A stretch of 63,382 nt of DNA, the filler included, from Octopus bimaculoides (lineage: Eukaryota): assembly GCF_001194135.2 (NCBI RefSeq). It is 6 parts of 6 records of this genome, joined end to end, with 100 filler letters (N's around TTAATTAATTAA, not from the genome) between each part and the next. Parts side by side here need not be neighbours in the genome. Positions count along the whole stretch, not along the records: positions 1 to 24,996 come from NC_069003.1; 5 more parts are not named here. One strand, given 5' to 3'. Below, in pieces: positions 1 to 13,084 of the stretch; position 1 is the first letter of the stretch, and every line of letters starts with the position of its first letter. Below the pieces are notes generated by a model. The model saw nothing but the letters and a program-made list of their open reading frames with translations. It was not told the DNA's origin and did not search any database. Made by a program: the position numbers and the translations under genes.

Positions 1-27
1 TGTGTGTGTGTGCATGTTTAGGTATGC

Positions 28-65
<38 letters not shown>

Positions 66-74
66 ATATGCATA

Positions 75-105
<31 letters not shown>

Positions 106-420
106 GTATATGCATAAATATATATATATATATATATATATGTGTATACATGGAGGACATTGATCTCACTGAAGACTGGAACTAGGCAAGGATGTAGGGA
201 GAGGCTGAGGTTTTCTAATGAACGAAAGCAAACTCAGGAAGAAGAAACAAAAGCAAACAATTAAAAGACAACACTTGAACAAGTGGAGCAGACAATGCCT
301 TCGGTTGGCGTTACTGCAACCAACTGTCGTTGACTTCTGGGTCTCTTCAGTCACAGCAGATGTTGATCTAACAACAAGACAAACCTTTCCAAGTGCAGAC
401 CTATCATCTTGCTAGTTTAA

Positions 421-469
421 TGGATTGTGTGTGCACGTGTGTGTGTGTGTGTAAGTATATAAGTGTTTG

Positions 470-509
<40 letters not shown>

Positions 510-876
510 AAGTATATGAGTGTTTGTGATATGTGGGTGTGTGTGTGCATGTGCATGCATGTGTAAGTGTAAGAATGTTTGTGGTATGCATATGTGTGGG
601 GGGTATTTGTGCGTGTGTGTGTGTGTGTGTGTGTAAGTATATGTGTGTTTGTGGTATGTGTGGGTGTGTGNNNNNNNNNNTTGTGCGTGTGTGTGCGTGT
701 GTGTGTGTGTGTGTGTGCGTGTGTGTGCGTGTGTGTAAGTATATGTGTGTTTGTGGTATGTGTGGGTGTGTGTGTACATATGTGCATGCATGTGTAAGTG
801 TGAGTGTTTGTGGTATGCATATGTGGGCGTATTCGTGTATGTGTGTGGGGGGAGATGTATTTGTGTGTGTGTGCGT

Positions 877-912
<36 letters not shown>

Positions 913-1071
913 ATGTGTGTTTGTAGTATGTAGTATGTATAAGTGGATGTATATGTGCGTCTGTCTGTGTATGTGTGTACAAATATATATAGACAAATAC
1001 ATACATATGTAAGTGAGTGAATGAGTGAGTGAGTGTGTGTGCATGTGAGTGTGTGTGTGCGCGTGTGTGCA

Positions 1072-1101
<30 letters not shown>
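421..1101. repeat. Compound (TG/CA)n microsatellite with ~50-60 bp higher-order units
   Basis: Recurring unit gtaagtat(a/g)tgtgtgtttgtggtatg embedded in TG runs; source of the His/Thr and Cys/Val pseudo-ORFs. Confidence 0.95.
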
Positions 1102-1102
<1 letters not shown>

Positions 1103-1989
1103 ATTGACATAGATCTACTCTAAAAAAGTTGACAAAATTTCTAAAGTAAAGCATTCCATAAAACTGAAAAGAATGTCTCTGGTGTCCCAACAATAGACAA
1201 AAGAATTGTATTGTTGTTTGTCTCCAGTGAAGAAGATAATACTGGAACATCAACAACAGCAGAAATTCAAATAATCTTTTAGTCGCAAGGTTTTTTTTTA
1301 GTGTCTCTTTCATTTAAAGCGTGGAATGCCACAACTACCACCACCACCACCACCACCACCACGAATACCACCACCACCATCACCATCACCACCACCACCN
1401 NNNNNNNNNNNNNNNNNNNNNNNNNNNNNNNNNNNNNNNNNNNNNNNNNNNNNNNNNNNNNNNNNNNNNNNNNNNNNNNNNNNNNNNNNNNNNNNNNNNN
1501 NNNNNNNNNNNNNNNNNNNNNNNNNNNNNNNNNNNNNNNNNNNNNNNNNNNNNNNNNNNNNNNNNNNNNNNNNNNNNNNNNNNNNNNNNNNNNNNNNNNN
1601 NNNNNNNNNNNNNNNNNNNNNNNNNNNNNNNNNNNNNNNNNNNNNNNNNNNNNNNNNNNNNNNNNNNNNNNNNNNNNNNNNNNNNNNNNNNNNNNNNNNN
1701 NNNNNNNNNNNNNNNNNNNNNNNNNNNNNNNNNNNNNNNNNNNNNNNNNNNNNNNNNNNNNNNNNNNNNNNNNNNNNNNNNNNNNNNNNNNNNNNNNNNN
1801 NNNNNNNNNNNNNNNNNNNNNNNNNGGGGTGGAGGGGTCAGAGAACTTAATTAACCTATACTGTATGTTGTTCTTCTAATGTGTTAGTTCTTACTCTGAA
1901 GAGAATGGTAGCTCAAGAGTAGTGGCTTCAGCTTTGAATAAACTTCACATGTATTGAGTACTCTGTTATTTTCTCTTGTAAATCTAAAT

Positions 1990-2290
1990 TCATCATCATC
2001 ATGATCATCATCATCATCATCATCATCATCGTTTAACGTCCGCTTTCCATGCTAGCATGGGTTGGACGATTTGACTGAGGACTGGTGAAACCGGATGGCT
2101 ACACCAGGCTCCAATCTGATTTGGCAGGGTTTCTACAGCTGGATGCCCTTCCTAACGCCAACCGCTCCGAGAGTGTAGTGGGTGCTTTTATGTGCCACCG
2201 GCACGAAGGCCAGTCAGGCGGTACTGGCAACGGCCATGCTCGAAATGGTGTATTTTACGTGCTACCTGCACAGGAGCCAGTCCTGCGGCA
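1990..2290 (-). mobile_element. SINE family C with (GAT)n tail (other copies ~7585-7800 +, ~18285-18500 -, ~21385-21620 -)
   Basis: Multi-copy; minus strand carries ggcgttaggaagggcatccagctgtagaaa and ends in (gat)n; resemblance to Meta-domain/RTE-associated SINEs is inferred. Confidence 0.75.
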
Positions 2291-2543
2291 CATATTCTTT
2301 TATTCTTTTATTATTTTATTTGTTTCAGTCATTTGATGGTGGCCATACTGGGCTACTGCTTTGAAGAGTTCTAGTCGACCAAATTGACCCAGGGCTTATT
2401 ATTTATAACCAAGTAATTATTCTGTTGTCTCTTTTACTGAACTGCTAAGTTACTGGGACTTTACTTCATCAGTTGTGAAGTAGTGATGTGGGGTCAAACA
2501 TGGACACAAAGACACACAGACACCTACATATATACATACATAT

Positions 2544-2855
2544 GTTGTTGCTGTTGTTTGTTCCTTCTCGGGCCATGCCTGGCTCATAAGGGCCGGTTTC
2601 CTGGTTTCGTTGGCGTACAGGTTCCCCACCTGGATGGGGCGCCAGTCCATCACAGGTGAGCTGCTAGATGCAGGAGGAAAATGTGAGAGAAAGCTGTGGC
2701 AGAAGAGTCAGCAAAAGTTCTCGATTACCTTCTGCCGGAGCCACGTGGAGCTTAGGTGTTTCACCCATAAACACACACATCGCCCGATCTGAAATTCAAA
2801 CCCATGATCCCTCGACCATGAGTCTGCTGCTCTGAACACTAGGCCATGTGCCTCC
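2544..2855 (-). mobile_element. tRNA-derived SINE, same head type as the 50714 family (related decayed copy ~36940-37120)
   Basis: Minus strand head ggaggcacatggcctagtgttcagagcagcagactc...ggtttgaatttc with A/B-box-like motifs; (aac)n tail. Confidence 0.8.
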
Positions 2856-2884
2856 ACTACATACATACATACATACATACATAT

Positions 2885-3470
2885 GAGAGAAACTAAAAGT
2901 AGTTGATAGTTTCTGCTACCTAGGTGACCAAGTTCGTAGTGGGGGTGGATGCTCAGAGAGTGTTACCACTAGAATAAGAATAGCCTTTAGAAAGCTTCTA
3001 CCCCTACTGGTGACAAAGGGTCTCATGCTCAGAGTGAAAGGTAGCTTGTATGATGCATGGGTGCAAACTGCCATCCTTCAGGGCAGTGAAACATGGGCCG
3101 TAACTGTGGAGGACTTGCGTAGGCTGGAAAGAAATGAAGTTAGTATGATCTGCTGGATGTGTAATGTCAGTGTGCACACATGACAGAGTGTAAGCGCCCT
3201 GAGAGAAATGTTAGACATAAGAAACATCGGATGTGGCATACAAGAGAGATGTTTGCGCTGGTATGGTCATGTACGATGGATGGATGAGAAGAGCTGTGTG
3301 AAGAAGTGCCACTCCCAAACAGTGGAAGGAATCCGAGGTAGAGGTAGACCCAGGAAGACGGGATGAGGTGGTCAAGCATCACCTTCTAACGTTGAGTCGC
3401 ACAGAGGCAATGACTTGTGACCAAGACCTCCAGAGATATGGTGTGACTGCGAAGACCCGACAAATAGCTG
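2885..3470 (+). mobile_element. RTE-clade LINE 3' remnant (RT C-terminus)
   Basis: Translates to EKLKVVDSFCYLG...GSETWAVTVEDLRRLERNE...LRWYGHV...GRGRPRKT with a stop and a deletion. Confidence 0.9.
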
Positions 3471-3700
3471 AATGACCTGTTTAATCCTGGAAAGCAGATT
3501 GAGAAACACAAGTTGGCAGTCTGCTTTGATTTTATATAGAAACCCACGAAAGAATGAGAAGAATAAACCTGGAAGGTTTACTAATATCAAAATACAGACC
3601 TAAGCAATATGTTTGTGGATGATTAAGGGGTTAGGTGGGTGCTGATAAAGGGGCAAAAACTCATGGAATATGTCATATACGCCCATTACCCTTTTTTCAG

Positions 3701-3763
3701 CTTTGATATCATTACAACGTGAATATGAAATTTTTGGTTATCCATTTCAAATGTCAACAAAGG
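3701..3763 (+). CDS. Candidate internal exon (phase 1-1): LISLQREYEIFGYPFQMSTK
   Basis: ccttttttcag acceptor, G|gtaacc donor, 63 nt, only one open frame; no homology recognised; a competing minus-strand reading also exists. Confidence 0.3.
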
Positions 3764-3937
3764 GTAACCAGAATGAAAGATAAATCTATTTTTAGTCAGG
3801 AACAAAGAAGAGATGCAATACGATTTCATGCAACAATAAAGTTTTAACTGTCCTACGTTTCAAGTGTGTTTAATGAAGTATTAAAAGATTTAGCTTAAAA
3901 ATACTGAGAACTTTCCGGACAACCTGATATATATATA

Positions 3938-4100
3938 AGAGCAGGAGTGGCTGTGTGGTAAGAAGCTCGCTTCCTAACCACATGGTTCTGGATTCAGTCC
4001 CACTGCATGGCACCTTGGGCAAGTGTCTTCTACTATAGCTTTGGGCTGACGAAAGCCTTGTGAGTGGATTTGGTAGACGGAAACTGAAAGAAGCCTGCCG

Positions 4101-4102
<2 letters not shown>
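3938..4102 (+). mobile_element. SINE family A (tRNA-like head plus CORE-like ccttgggcaagt motif)
   Basis: Matches more than 12 other copies in the window (gcaggagtggctgtgtggtaag...gaaagaagcc). Confidence 0.9.
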
Positions 4103-4149
<47 letters not shown>

Positions 4150-5340
4150 TTGTGTGTCTTTGTGTGCATACATATATATATATATATATAATTATTTTCA
4201 GGATCCAGTAGAATTGAGGCATTTTGATTATAGGGACACCATGATAGAATCAAGGACAGCATACTCATGTATCAACAGTTTGTATGGAGGTCACGTATTT
4301 GCTAGAATATATACAGATTTGTCTTTTTAGTTATACATTAATTTACCAGAAGAAAGCTTTTTTTTTTTTTACATGATGTAATTGAGTTGTTCATCAATAA
4401 AAAATATGTCTGAAACAATTGTAGTGAAACAATTGTAGCCCATTTGTGCTATTTTATATACACACACACACATATATTTGTATGTGTGTGTGCGTGAGTG
4501 TTTATTTATATAGTGAGTACCTCTTTGTTCTCTCTCTGATCATGAAGGATTTCTTTGAAGCCACTCAAGAAATGCCCATCCCTGTTGATTTATAACATTG
4601 ATGCACAGATTTTAATATTGATTTACTTTCTCAACCAGACAGCTGTTTGAATATATAGACTAATTAATAAATCCAACTTCAAAATTGATTTCATCAATTG
4701 ATACAGAAAAACTATCATCTCTCCCCTTCCTTTTATTTACATGTATAACAGACCTTCTTCCTACAAGAATATGAACCCCTCCCCCATTTTGTCTGTCTCT
4801 ATATATAGATGAATATATTCATGTTTTTCTCAGAAATGTATTCATTATCTCATGATGAAATGACTATGGGTGTTATGTTATATACTCAATATTACATAAT
4901 TATTACATAATCATTGCTTATATTCATGTTTTCCAACTTGTTAAATGATGTATTTGACCTGTACATTGTTGAAACAGCTGTAACCAAGGAATAATAAGTG
5001 TGATACCAGTACTTATATTCCTTTGCTTGTGTGCTTGTGTATACATACACATACACACATCACATCACATCAAACAAATAAGAGATATGAGGTCAGAGAA
5101 TATATATTTATTCTCTTAGCTTACAGCTGTTTCATAATTATGCTAGTTATATAATAGACATTGCATGAACATTCACACATATATAAATATATACCTACAC
5201 CCATACATAGAATATAAATATAAATTTGCTGTAATTTAACTAACAGACAAATCGTCAGCGCTTCATGATAGTTCATGAAACATTCTGAAAATGATTGTTT
5301 TAGTAACATTTCAGCAAATTTATATGTATGAGTGTACATA

Positions 5341-5561
5341 TACAAGAGTGTGTTGAAAAGTTCTTGGCCTTGGGTGAAAGAAAATACAAGAACATCAGTT
5401 AATTATGATTTTATTCAACATATTCCACTCTCAGATTCACATACCTATTGCAGTGTTCCTTCAGTTTAACTAGGTCCTGTAAAAGAACTCAGAGGGTTGC
5501 GCCTCCAACCAAGCCTTTCACAATACCTTTAAAGTCCAGAACTTTTCAGCACCCCCTCGTA
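5341..5561. mobile_element. Mariner-type MITE
   Basis: TIRs tacaagagtgtgttgaaaagttct / rc tacgagggggtgctgaaaagttct; TA ends. Confidence 0.8.
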
Positions 5562-5841
5562 TATTTATATATACATATATAAACATGTAAATGATGATGT
5601 AATGTCTGTTATATAATTATGAAACAGCTGTAAAATAATGGAATAAGTGTCTCTTCTCTCACTTCACTTCTCTTCTCTATTCAGTGTATATACATACTCT
5701 TTACCATTGTAATTCTTGGATTTGCAGAATAACACTAAGGTACATCCTAACCTTAATTAATCACAGTCCTTCTTGTTAGTCATACCTTTGTCAGAGAGCT
5801 TAATACGAGCTCTGTTTGATTCTTTGAATCCCTATTTTTAT

Positions 5842-5893
<52 letters not shown>

Positions 5894-6456
5894 NNNNNNN
5901 NNNNNNNNNNNNNNNNNNNNNNNNNNNNNNNNNNNNNNNNNNNNNNNNNNNNNNNNNNNNNNNNNNNNNNNNNNNNNNNNNNNNNNNNNNNNNNNNNNNN
6001 NNNNNNNNNNNNNNNNNNNNNNNNNNNNNNNNNNNNNNNNNNNNNNNNNNNNNNNNNNNNNNNNNNNNNNNNNNNNNNNNNNNNNNNNNNNNNNNNNNNN
6101 NNNNNNNNNNNNNNNNNNNNNNNNNNNNNNNNNNNNNNNNNNNNNNNNNNNNNNNNNNNNNNNNNNNNNNNNNNNNNNNNNNNNNNNNNNNNNNNNNNNN
6201 NNNNNNNNNNNNNNNNNNNNNNNNNNNNNNNNNNNNNNNNNNNNNNNNNNNNNNNNNNNNNNNNNNNNNNNNNNNNNNNNNNNNNNNNNNNNNNNNNNNN
6301 NNNNNNNNNNNNNNNNNNNNNNNNNNNNNNNNNNNNNNNNNNNNNNNNNNNNNNNNNNNNNNNNNNNNNNNNNNNNNNNNNNNNNNNNNNNNNNNNNNNN
6401 NNNNNNNNNNNNNNNNNNNNNNNNNNNNNNNNNNNNNNNNNNNNNNNNNNNNNNNN

Positions 6457-6495
<39 letters not shown>

Positions 6496-6606
6496 TGTTT
6501 AAATATATATATATGTCTGTGTTTTTGTTTAGTTTGCTGTTCTAAATGCTTTTGACCATTTTTAACCCCCCGAAAACAATCACTAAAATAAACTTTGTTC
6601 TTCCAG

Positions 6607-6717
6607 GTTCCAAAGCAGTAGTAGTAGTTTTTCCCGCTTGTCGCGCAGATTCAGTCACAAAGAGAGGACTGATGCCAGTAATGGTAGCCAGCGTCAGCGT
6701 TCTGTTAGTGTTGACTT
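6607..6717 (+). CDS. Candidate internal exon, 111 nt; two open frames (FQSSSSSFSRLSRRFSHKERTDASNGSQRQRSVSVD or SKAVVVVFPACRADSVTKRGLMPVMVASVSVLLVLT)
   Basis: Strong acceptor ctttgttcttccag|G, consensus donor |gtaagt, length divisible by 3, GC/CpG richer than flanks, non-repetitive. Confidence 0.55.
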
Positions 6718-7009
6718 GTAAGTAATCAGTCCAAGAGGAAACCCCCCCCCAAAAAAAATCATTCAGTTACAATGTAGAGGGGGGGGAGGATAGAAACTGA
6801 AGCTATTGATACATCAGTTCCTCTATGTTGACTTGCTCAATATCCTTTCATCCCCTCTGTTCTATATATATATATATGGGTGTGTGTGTATATATATATA
6901 TGCATGTATGTATATGGTTCTCTTGTGTGTTTTGTAACATAGATATATGTATACTTATGCATAATACCCAATATATATAAGTGTGTATGTATGTGTACAT
7001 GCATATGTA

Positions 7010-7044
<35 letters not shown>

Positions 7045-7308
7045 NNNNNNNNNNNNNNNNNNNNNNNNNNNNNNNNNNNNNNNNNNNNNNNNNNNNNNNN
7101 NNNNNNNNNNNNNNNNNNNNNNNNNNNNNNNNNNNNNNNNNNNNNNNNNNNNNNNNNNNNNNNNNNNNNNNNNNNNNNNNNNNNNNNNNNNNNNNNNNNN
7201 NNNNNNNNNNNNNNNNNNNNNNNNNNNNNNNNNNNNNNNNNNTATATCTGATATGGTAGCATGACTTTTGGGATATCATGTTTATGTGTACATATATGTG
7301 TGAATATA

Positions 7309-7348
<40 letters not shown>

Positions 7349-8760
7349 GTATAGTTATCTATGTACAAGTTGATAGTTTGAAATGTAGAAGGACAAAAAA
7401 GATAATCACTTTTTAAGTTATCTCTACAGAATTTAGAGCCAACACTGAACGTTAAAATATTTTATATATGAATACATCTTGGTAAACAAAGCAGTTGAAG
7501 GCAATAACAACTGACCAATACCTTTGGCAATTTGCCATGTTTCAGTAGAAGACCCATCAAACCAAGGGAAATCATAGTCATGGCAGATACTGGTGTCATG
7601 CAAATGGCACCTACGCCAGTAGCACATAAAAGCACCCATTACTCTCTTGGAGTGGTTGGCATTAAGAAGGACATTCACTGGAGAAACCATGCTAAATCAG
7701 ACTGAAGTCTGGTGCAGCCCTTCAGCTTAGCAGCTCTGGTCAAACTGTCCCATCCATGCCAGCATAATCAGCAGATGTTAAATGATGATGATGATGATGA
7801 AAACATGATAACTTTTAGTGCTGGTTTGAATTTCTATAGAAAATCTGTAGAAACAACTTTAAAAAGTGATTGAATCGCATTGCTAACACAGGTAGAACAC
7901 AGTATTGACTTATGAGCATTTAATATACTTGGTAGTATGTTATGGTTATATAACAAAATACAATGGTCCTACCAGTAATTAATAAAAGAGATAATCTTAA
8001 GATACAGTCCAAGTAATTGAGGGTTTAGAACCTGTGTTCCTTGGTGTTGATATCATCAACATAATGGGGAAAATCTAAATATTTCTACCAATGTCTGTAT
8101 TATTCTGTCAACATTCTAATTATCATCTTGTACATCAGACTCTATTGTACATAAACTTACATACATACACATGTCAGTTGTTTTTGCAGTATATATGCAT
8201 TTGTGTATATATGTGTATGTGTGCCTGTGTCTGCATGCATATGAGTATGTATATGAATATATCATATGTAAAACACTGCATGAATATATATGCATGTTGT
8301 TATGTGGAAACTTTTTATTCTTTACTTCAAGAAGGAAAGACATGAAATCTGAAATATCAAACAACATTTGAAAATTTGTTTTCTTTCTTTAAAACTACAT
8401 ATATATATATATATAAATAAATACAAATGATATATAAATAAGCATATGCATGTATACATACATATATGTACATACCTACATCTACATGTATATATAGATG
8501 CATATTCGGGTACAGGACGTTAGAAAAAAGAATGAGAGCATAAAAACAAAACGGACTTTGTTTACAGACAACAGAACGAACACATAAGAAAACAAACAAG
8601 CCACTTGGAATTAATCCTTCATCAGCTGCCTCTATTCTAAAACCAGGCATTTCGAAGATAAGGCAGGACACACTCTTAGAATAGTTTCTTCCTGAGTAGT
8701 GGATAAACCCACTAAACAGAGGAATCCAAGGTGGCAAACACAAACCACTACATATATATT

Positions 8761-9008
8761 TAAACGGGGTTGGCCAAAAGTCACCCGACAGTAAATCAAA
8801 ATTCCATAAATACTTAATATTTTATTTTATTTATTCATTCTAATTATGAATGCTTAGTAAGTAAATGCTATGAGTTAAAATCACCATTTTTTTTCATCAT
8901 TTGTGTATTTATTAGTGAAGTCTCATATAAAATGATTCTTTTGTTTTAATCTTGGAATTGGGTAGTTTTTTGAATTATTGTCAGGTGACTTTTGGCCAGC
9001 CCTGTGTA
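8761..9008. mobile_element. Tc1/mariner-type MITE
   Basis: TIRs ggggttggccaaaagtcacccgacagtaa / rc agggctggccaaaagtcacctgacaataa; TA flanks. Confidence 0.85.
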
Positions 9009-9074
9009 TTTATATATAAGAGGATAGGCACAAAAACTGAATTATTTATACATATATGAAAGTAATTAAATTTG

Positions 9075-9500
9075 ATGCCTATCCTCACCTATGGTCATGA
9101 GTGTAGGGTAATGACCGAAAGAGTATGACTGCAAATATAAGCAGCACAGAATGAAGTCCCTCTGAAGTGTCTCAAGAGCAACATTATGCAACAGGACACT
9201 TAGCTTAAAGATCAGGGAATCTCTCTCAGCCAAGTCACTGCTTCTTCTCATTGAGTGATCACAGTTTCGGCACCGTAGATATGTGATTAAGGAAATAATC
9301 ACAAGACGGATCCTTTAAGCCAAGTCAACTGACTTAGGAGTAGAATGAGATGGTTGGACAATATCCCTAATCTCAATTGGACACACTTAGGAATTCAGCC
9401 AGGAACTGTAGTGATGGAGTTGCTTCTGGCAGAATCCTATGGAGAAGGTGTTTGAGGACCCTACCTACATGACCTTTCCAGAAATTATGGGTGGAGAAGA
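9075..9500 (+). mobile_element. RTE-clade (Rex3/Expander-like) LINE 3' remnant
   Basis: PILTYGHE.RVMTERV motif, heavily decayed. Confidence 0.65.
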
Positions 9501-9505
9501 TGGAT

Positions 9506-9543
<38 letters not shown>

Positions 9544-10186
9544 AATGTGCAACAGTAGTAGCTCTACAGCAAAATCTTCATCTATATAACTTACTCAATG
9601 TATGTACATCATTTCACCAAGCTCTGAAGTATGTGTTTTGAAACACAATACACAATATGTCTATAAAGGGATTTTTCTCAGACAAAAATCTGCAGCTTCT
9701 GGCTTTTCAATGTACACATACTTTATATATATATATATATATATNNNNNNNNNNNNNNNNNNNNNNNNNNNNNNNNNNNNNNNNNNNNNNNNNNNNNNNN
9801 NNNNNNNNNNNNNNNNNNNNNNNNNNNNNNNNNNNNNNNNNNNNNNNNNNNNNNNNNNNNNNNNNNNNNNNNNNNNNNNNNNNNNNNNNNNNNNNNNNNN
9901 NNNNNNNNNNNNNNNNNNNNNNNNNNNNNNNNNNNNNNNNNNNNNNNNNNNNNNNTAAAATGAAATGAAGTATTGAATGTGTTATTGAATAAATGAAATA
10001 TTGAGTATTAAATATATAAGGACATTTTGCTATTTATATTATATATTCCATATTCTATTTCCCACATTAATTTTATAAGAATATAAATAAAACATAAAAA
10101 ACAGACAGAGTTGGAACTCTTTTAAGTTATATAATCCTCTATACACTATCATACAAACCCCTTTTTTTAATTTAATTTTTTATTTT

Positions 10187-10241
<55 letters not shown>

Positions 10242-10289
10242 ATATATGTATGTACATACAAATATGTATATATGTAATGTCTACAGTAG

Positions 10290-11100
10290 CAGACATTAAC
10301 AAGTCCTCTCAATGATGCCCCAAAGTGTTTAAACCAGGGGAGGCAGAAGGCTCAATGTTAGGGATAACATGATCATGATCATGGGCATTTTGGGCCATCC
10401 ACTTCTGGATCATGCAGGATGTGTAAAAGAGAGCAGATTCTCGCTGGAAAACCTATGGCCTCCCACAAGCAACTCTCTTGATCCAGAGCTTAACAACCAT
10501 CTCCACTATCTCGGTGTAGGCTGCTGCATTGATCCTAAGACCTTGCAGGTAAACATGAGCCAGCAGGACATGACCCTCGTTGCTCATAACTCCCAAGACC
10601 ATTACAGGCAAGGACAAGTTGGTGTGTATAACAGTGGGGACTTCAGTGGGACTGGTGCAGAGTCCTCTGTCATTTCCCTTTGGTCTTACAACAAAATTCT
10701 TGTTTGAGAACATCCAGAGCATGTTGAGCTCTTCAAGGTGCTTCCTTTGGTTCAACAAGACTGGATCACACAGTTCTCTTGGATCTTGTGAGTTATGAAT
10801 CTTTGTCCTCTTCACAGAACATAAGATTTGTACTTATGTCTTCGTGCACCACATATCTCATCATTGACTCTGATACACGAAAGTGATTCTCATTATTGAC
10901 GATGTCCTGGGCTTCCTGGAGAAACACAACTTTGCTAATGTCTGACCATTGACAATGGAAGACGCCTTTTCACCAGAAACCAGGAACTCTTTTCTCATCT
11001 TAAGCAAGAAGGCTTTGGCAACATTTAAGAAGGTTGCAACCTCACAGTGGTCTGTGGCTAAGGCAACAAGAACAGCATGCCCTTTCATTTGTCTGCATTA
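10290..11100 (-). mobile_element. Tc1/mariner transposase pseudogene (maT/DD37D-like)
   Basis: WMFSNKNF...NDRGLC...VMVLGVMSNEG...GLRINAAAY...VVKLWIKRVACGRP, followed by eroded SPxLN and WGIIER motifs; frameshifted. Confidence 0.85.
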
Positions 11101-12704
11101 AATTTAAAGCTTCCTTGCTGGAACTGAAAAAAAAAGAGAGGATATTTAGTTAAAGTTTTGAGTCACTCATGGTTCTTAAAAGTTTTGTTCTCAAATAACT
11201 GACACATCTGGCACACACACACACACATACATACTGTAAAGTCTTATATCTTTTGCTTAGTTGGAGATATTGCTTTAAGGATAATGTCCATAGTTTGCAT
11301 TTGAAAGCAGCCAAGGCCAAGAGTGCTCAAGATAATTTCTGCAGGAGTAAACTTTGGCTAAAAAAAACCTTGCATAACCTTGGAAACACAAAATAAGAAA
11401 TAAGATAAAGAATGCATTTAAAAAATAATTATAAATAATTTATTAAAAACAATACCAAAATATATGTAAAATAATTCAATAATTAAGTCATTAAAAACAA
11501 ATTGAGGAAATTTGCTATACTCTGTATTTCTTTAAAATGTCTTTTCTTCAAATCCTGTTTTTTTTTCAAGTGGATTCTAAGAACTTTAGTTTAACCTTAT
11601 CTGTAAATAACATTAATGCATGAAGGACAGTGAGGTTAATGTTCCTCGGATCCCTGTTTTCTATTTTTAACATAACTTTGCCCTGTGTTCACTTTAACAG
11701 AAAACCCACCGGTTGATCACTTCAATGGTGCATGACACATGTGTATGGTTGTATTTGTGTGGTTGTCTTTGTTGGTTGTTTTTGTTGGCTGATTCTTAGA
11801 AACTTTTGAAATAACTTTTGAAATGGTTCGCTTTTCTCATCTTAATAATTCACCAATTAGTTATCCCTCAACATTTTGTCTCCCAGCTGAGCAAGGCAGA
11901 TGATATTGTCCTGAAATGATTTCTCTCTACATTCACCAGCTACTTTCTTCATTGACAGCAATAAAGTGTACTTTATCCCCCAGGGAAACTATTTACCATG
12001 AGGTGACGCGATGAGGGCCAGTGCAAGGTTCTCCAGAGATATTTGACAACAGTGGTAATGAAAGAGGCAATCTTAGATCAATTGCGGCTCCAGTAAATAC
12101 TTTGTATTTATCTCAAGTATCTAAATATATTCAGCCAGATAGAGCTCACCCTCTTCTCAATTGTACCTAGGGCAGGAGTTGAACTTGGAATTGGTAACTA
12201 ACGAAACATTTATCCCTCATCTATCATGTAGTGGTGTAGATATAATAAGCACCTTAAAGGCAATGAACAGGCAGGATTGTTAACACGCTGGGCAAAATAT
12301 TTAGCAACATTTTGTCTGTCTTTGTTCTGAGTTCAAATTTCACCAAGTTCGACTTCGCCTTTCATTATTTCAGGGCCAATAAAATAAGTACCTGTGGAAC
12401 ACTGGGATCAATGTAATCGGCTTATCCCTCTCTTAAAATTGCTGGCCTTGTACCAAAATTTGAAACCAATATAAGTATCTGTCATGTACTGAGGTTACTA
12501 CAATACTATAAGTATATACCTCTCACTCCAAAATATCAGGCATTGTACCTCTGTAAGAACTCATTACTGTAATGTTGCCGTTGTTGTTGTTGTACCTTAT
12601 CATAGAGCCATAGGAGAAGGTACATGTCTTGTATAGAAATAGAACACAACTGTTGTGACAAAATACAAGCCCTTCTCCTTGCCTTCCCCCATTGATTCGA
12701 TCAG

Positions 12705-12737
12705 ATAAACCCCACTACTTTATCTCTTCATTTGTCA
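12705..12737 (+). CDS. Candidate 33-nt exon (KPHYFISSFV)
   Basis: Pyrimidine tract then tcag acceptor; A|gtaagc donor; in phase with 12800-12891 across a 62-nt intron. Confidence 0.25.
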
Positions 12738-12799
12738 GTAAGCAGTTTCCTTTTTTCTTTAATAACTGATGCTTTTCACTTGATTTCTTCATATTCTAG

Positions 12800-12891
12800 C
12801 AGAAAAATATAAAAAGGAGGGCTTTGTTTTATCAGATTGTACCAAACTACAGCTAAATAAAGCCTCTGGCGAGATAGAGAGGAGGAAATGA
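12800..12891 (+). CDS. Candidate terminal exon (EKYKKEGFVLSDCTKLQLNKASGEIERRK*)
   Basis: tttcttcatattctag acceptor, open frame to TGA 12889-12891, AATAAA ~140 nt downstream. Confidence 0.3.
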
Positions 12892-13084
12892 ATGGATGTT
12901 TATTGTCTCTAATGGTGTAATAGTTTAAATAATTAATCATAATAACGATTTCTTTATTAGTTACAGGGGCTCAAAGAAAAACAGATAAAAATACCAAACA
13001 GAAAGAAACATTATTTAGGTTGGGAAAAAAAATAATAAAAACAAAAAAATAAAATTTCAGCAAAAAAAACTCTGAGACTGGAAG

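Noticed and set aside
166-368. Minus-strand terminal exon with a Ser/Thr stalk and hydrophobic tail, tempting as the C-terminus of the secreted-protein model
   Set aside because: No supported chain of intervening exons, and it would overlap the plus-strand candidates; kept only as an untested possibility.
404-1313. Long His/Thr-rich and Cys/Val-rich ORFs (and similar ones at 25.9-27.3, 35.8, 46 and 61-62 kb)
   Set aside because: Translations of (CA)n/(TA)n microsatellites and N gaps.
7450-7600. Protein-like minus frame ICHDYDFPWFDGSSTETWQIAK with a donor
   Set aside because: The acceptor and most of the sequence belong to a dispersed repeat also seen near 18900-18970.
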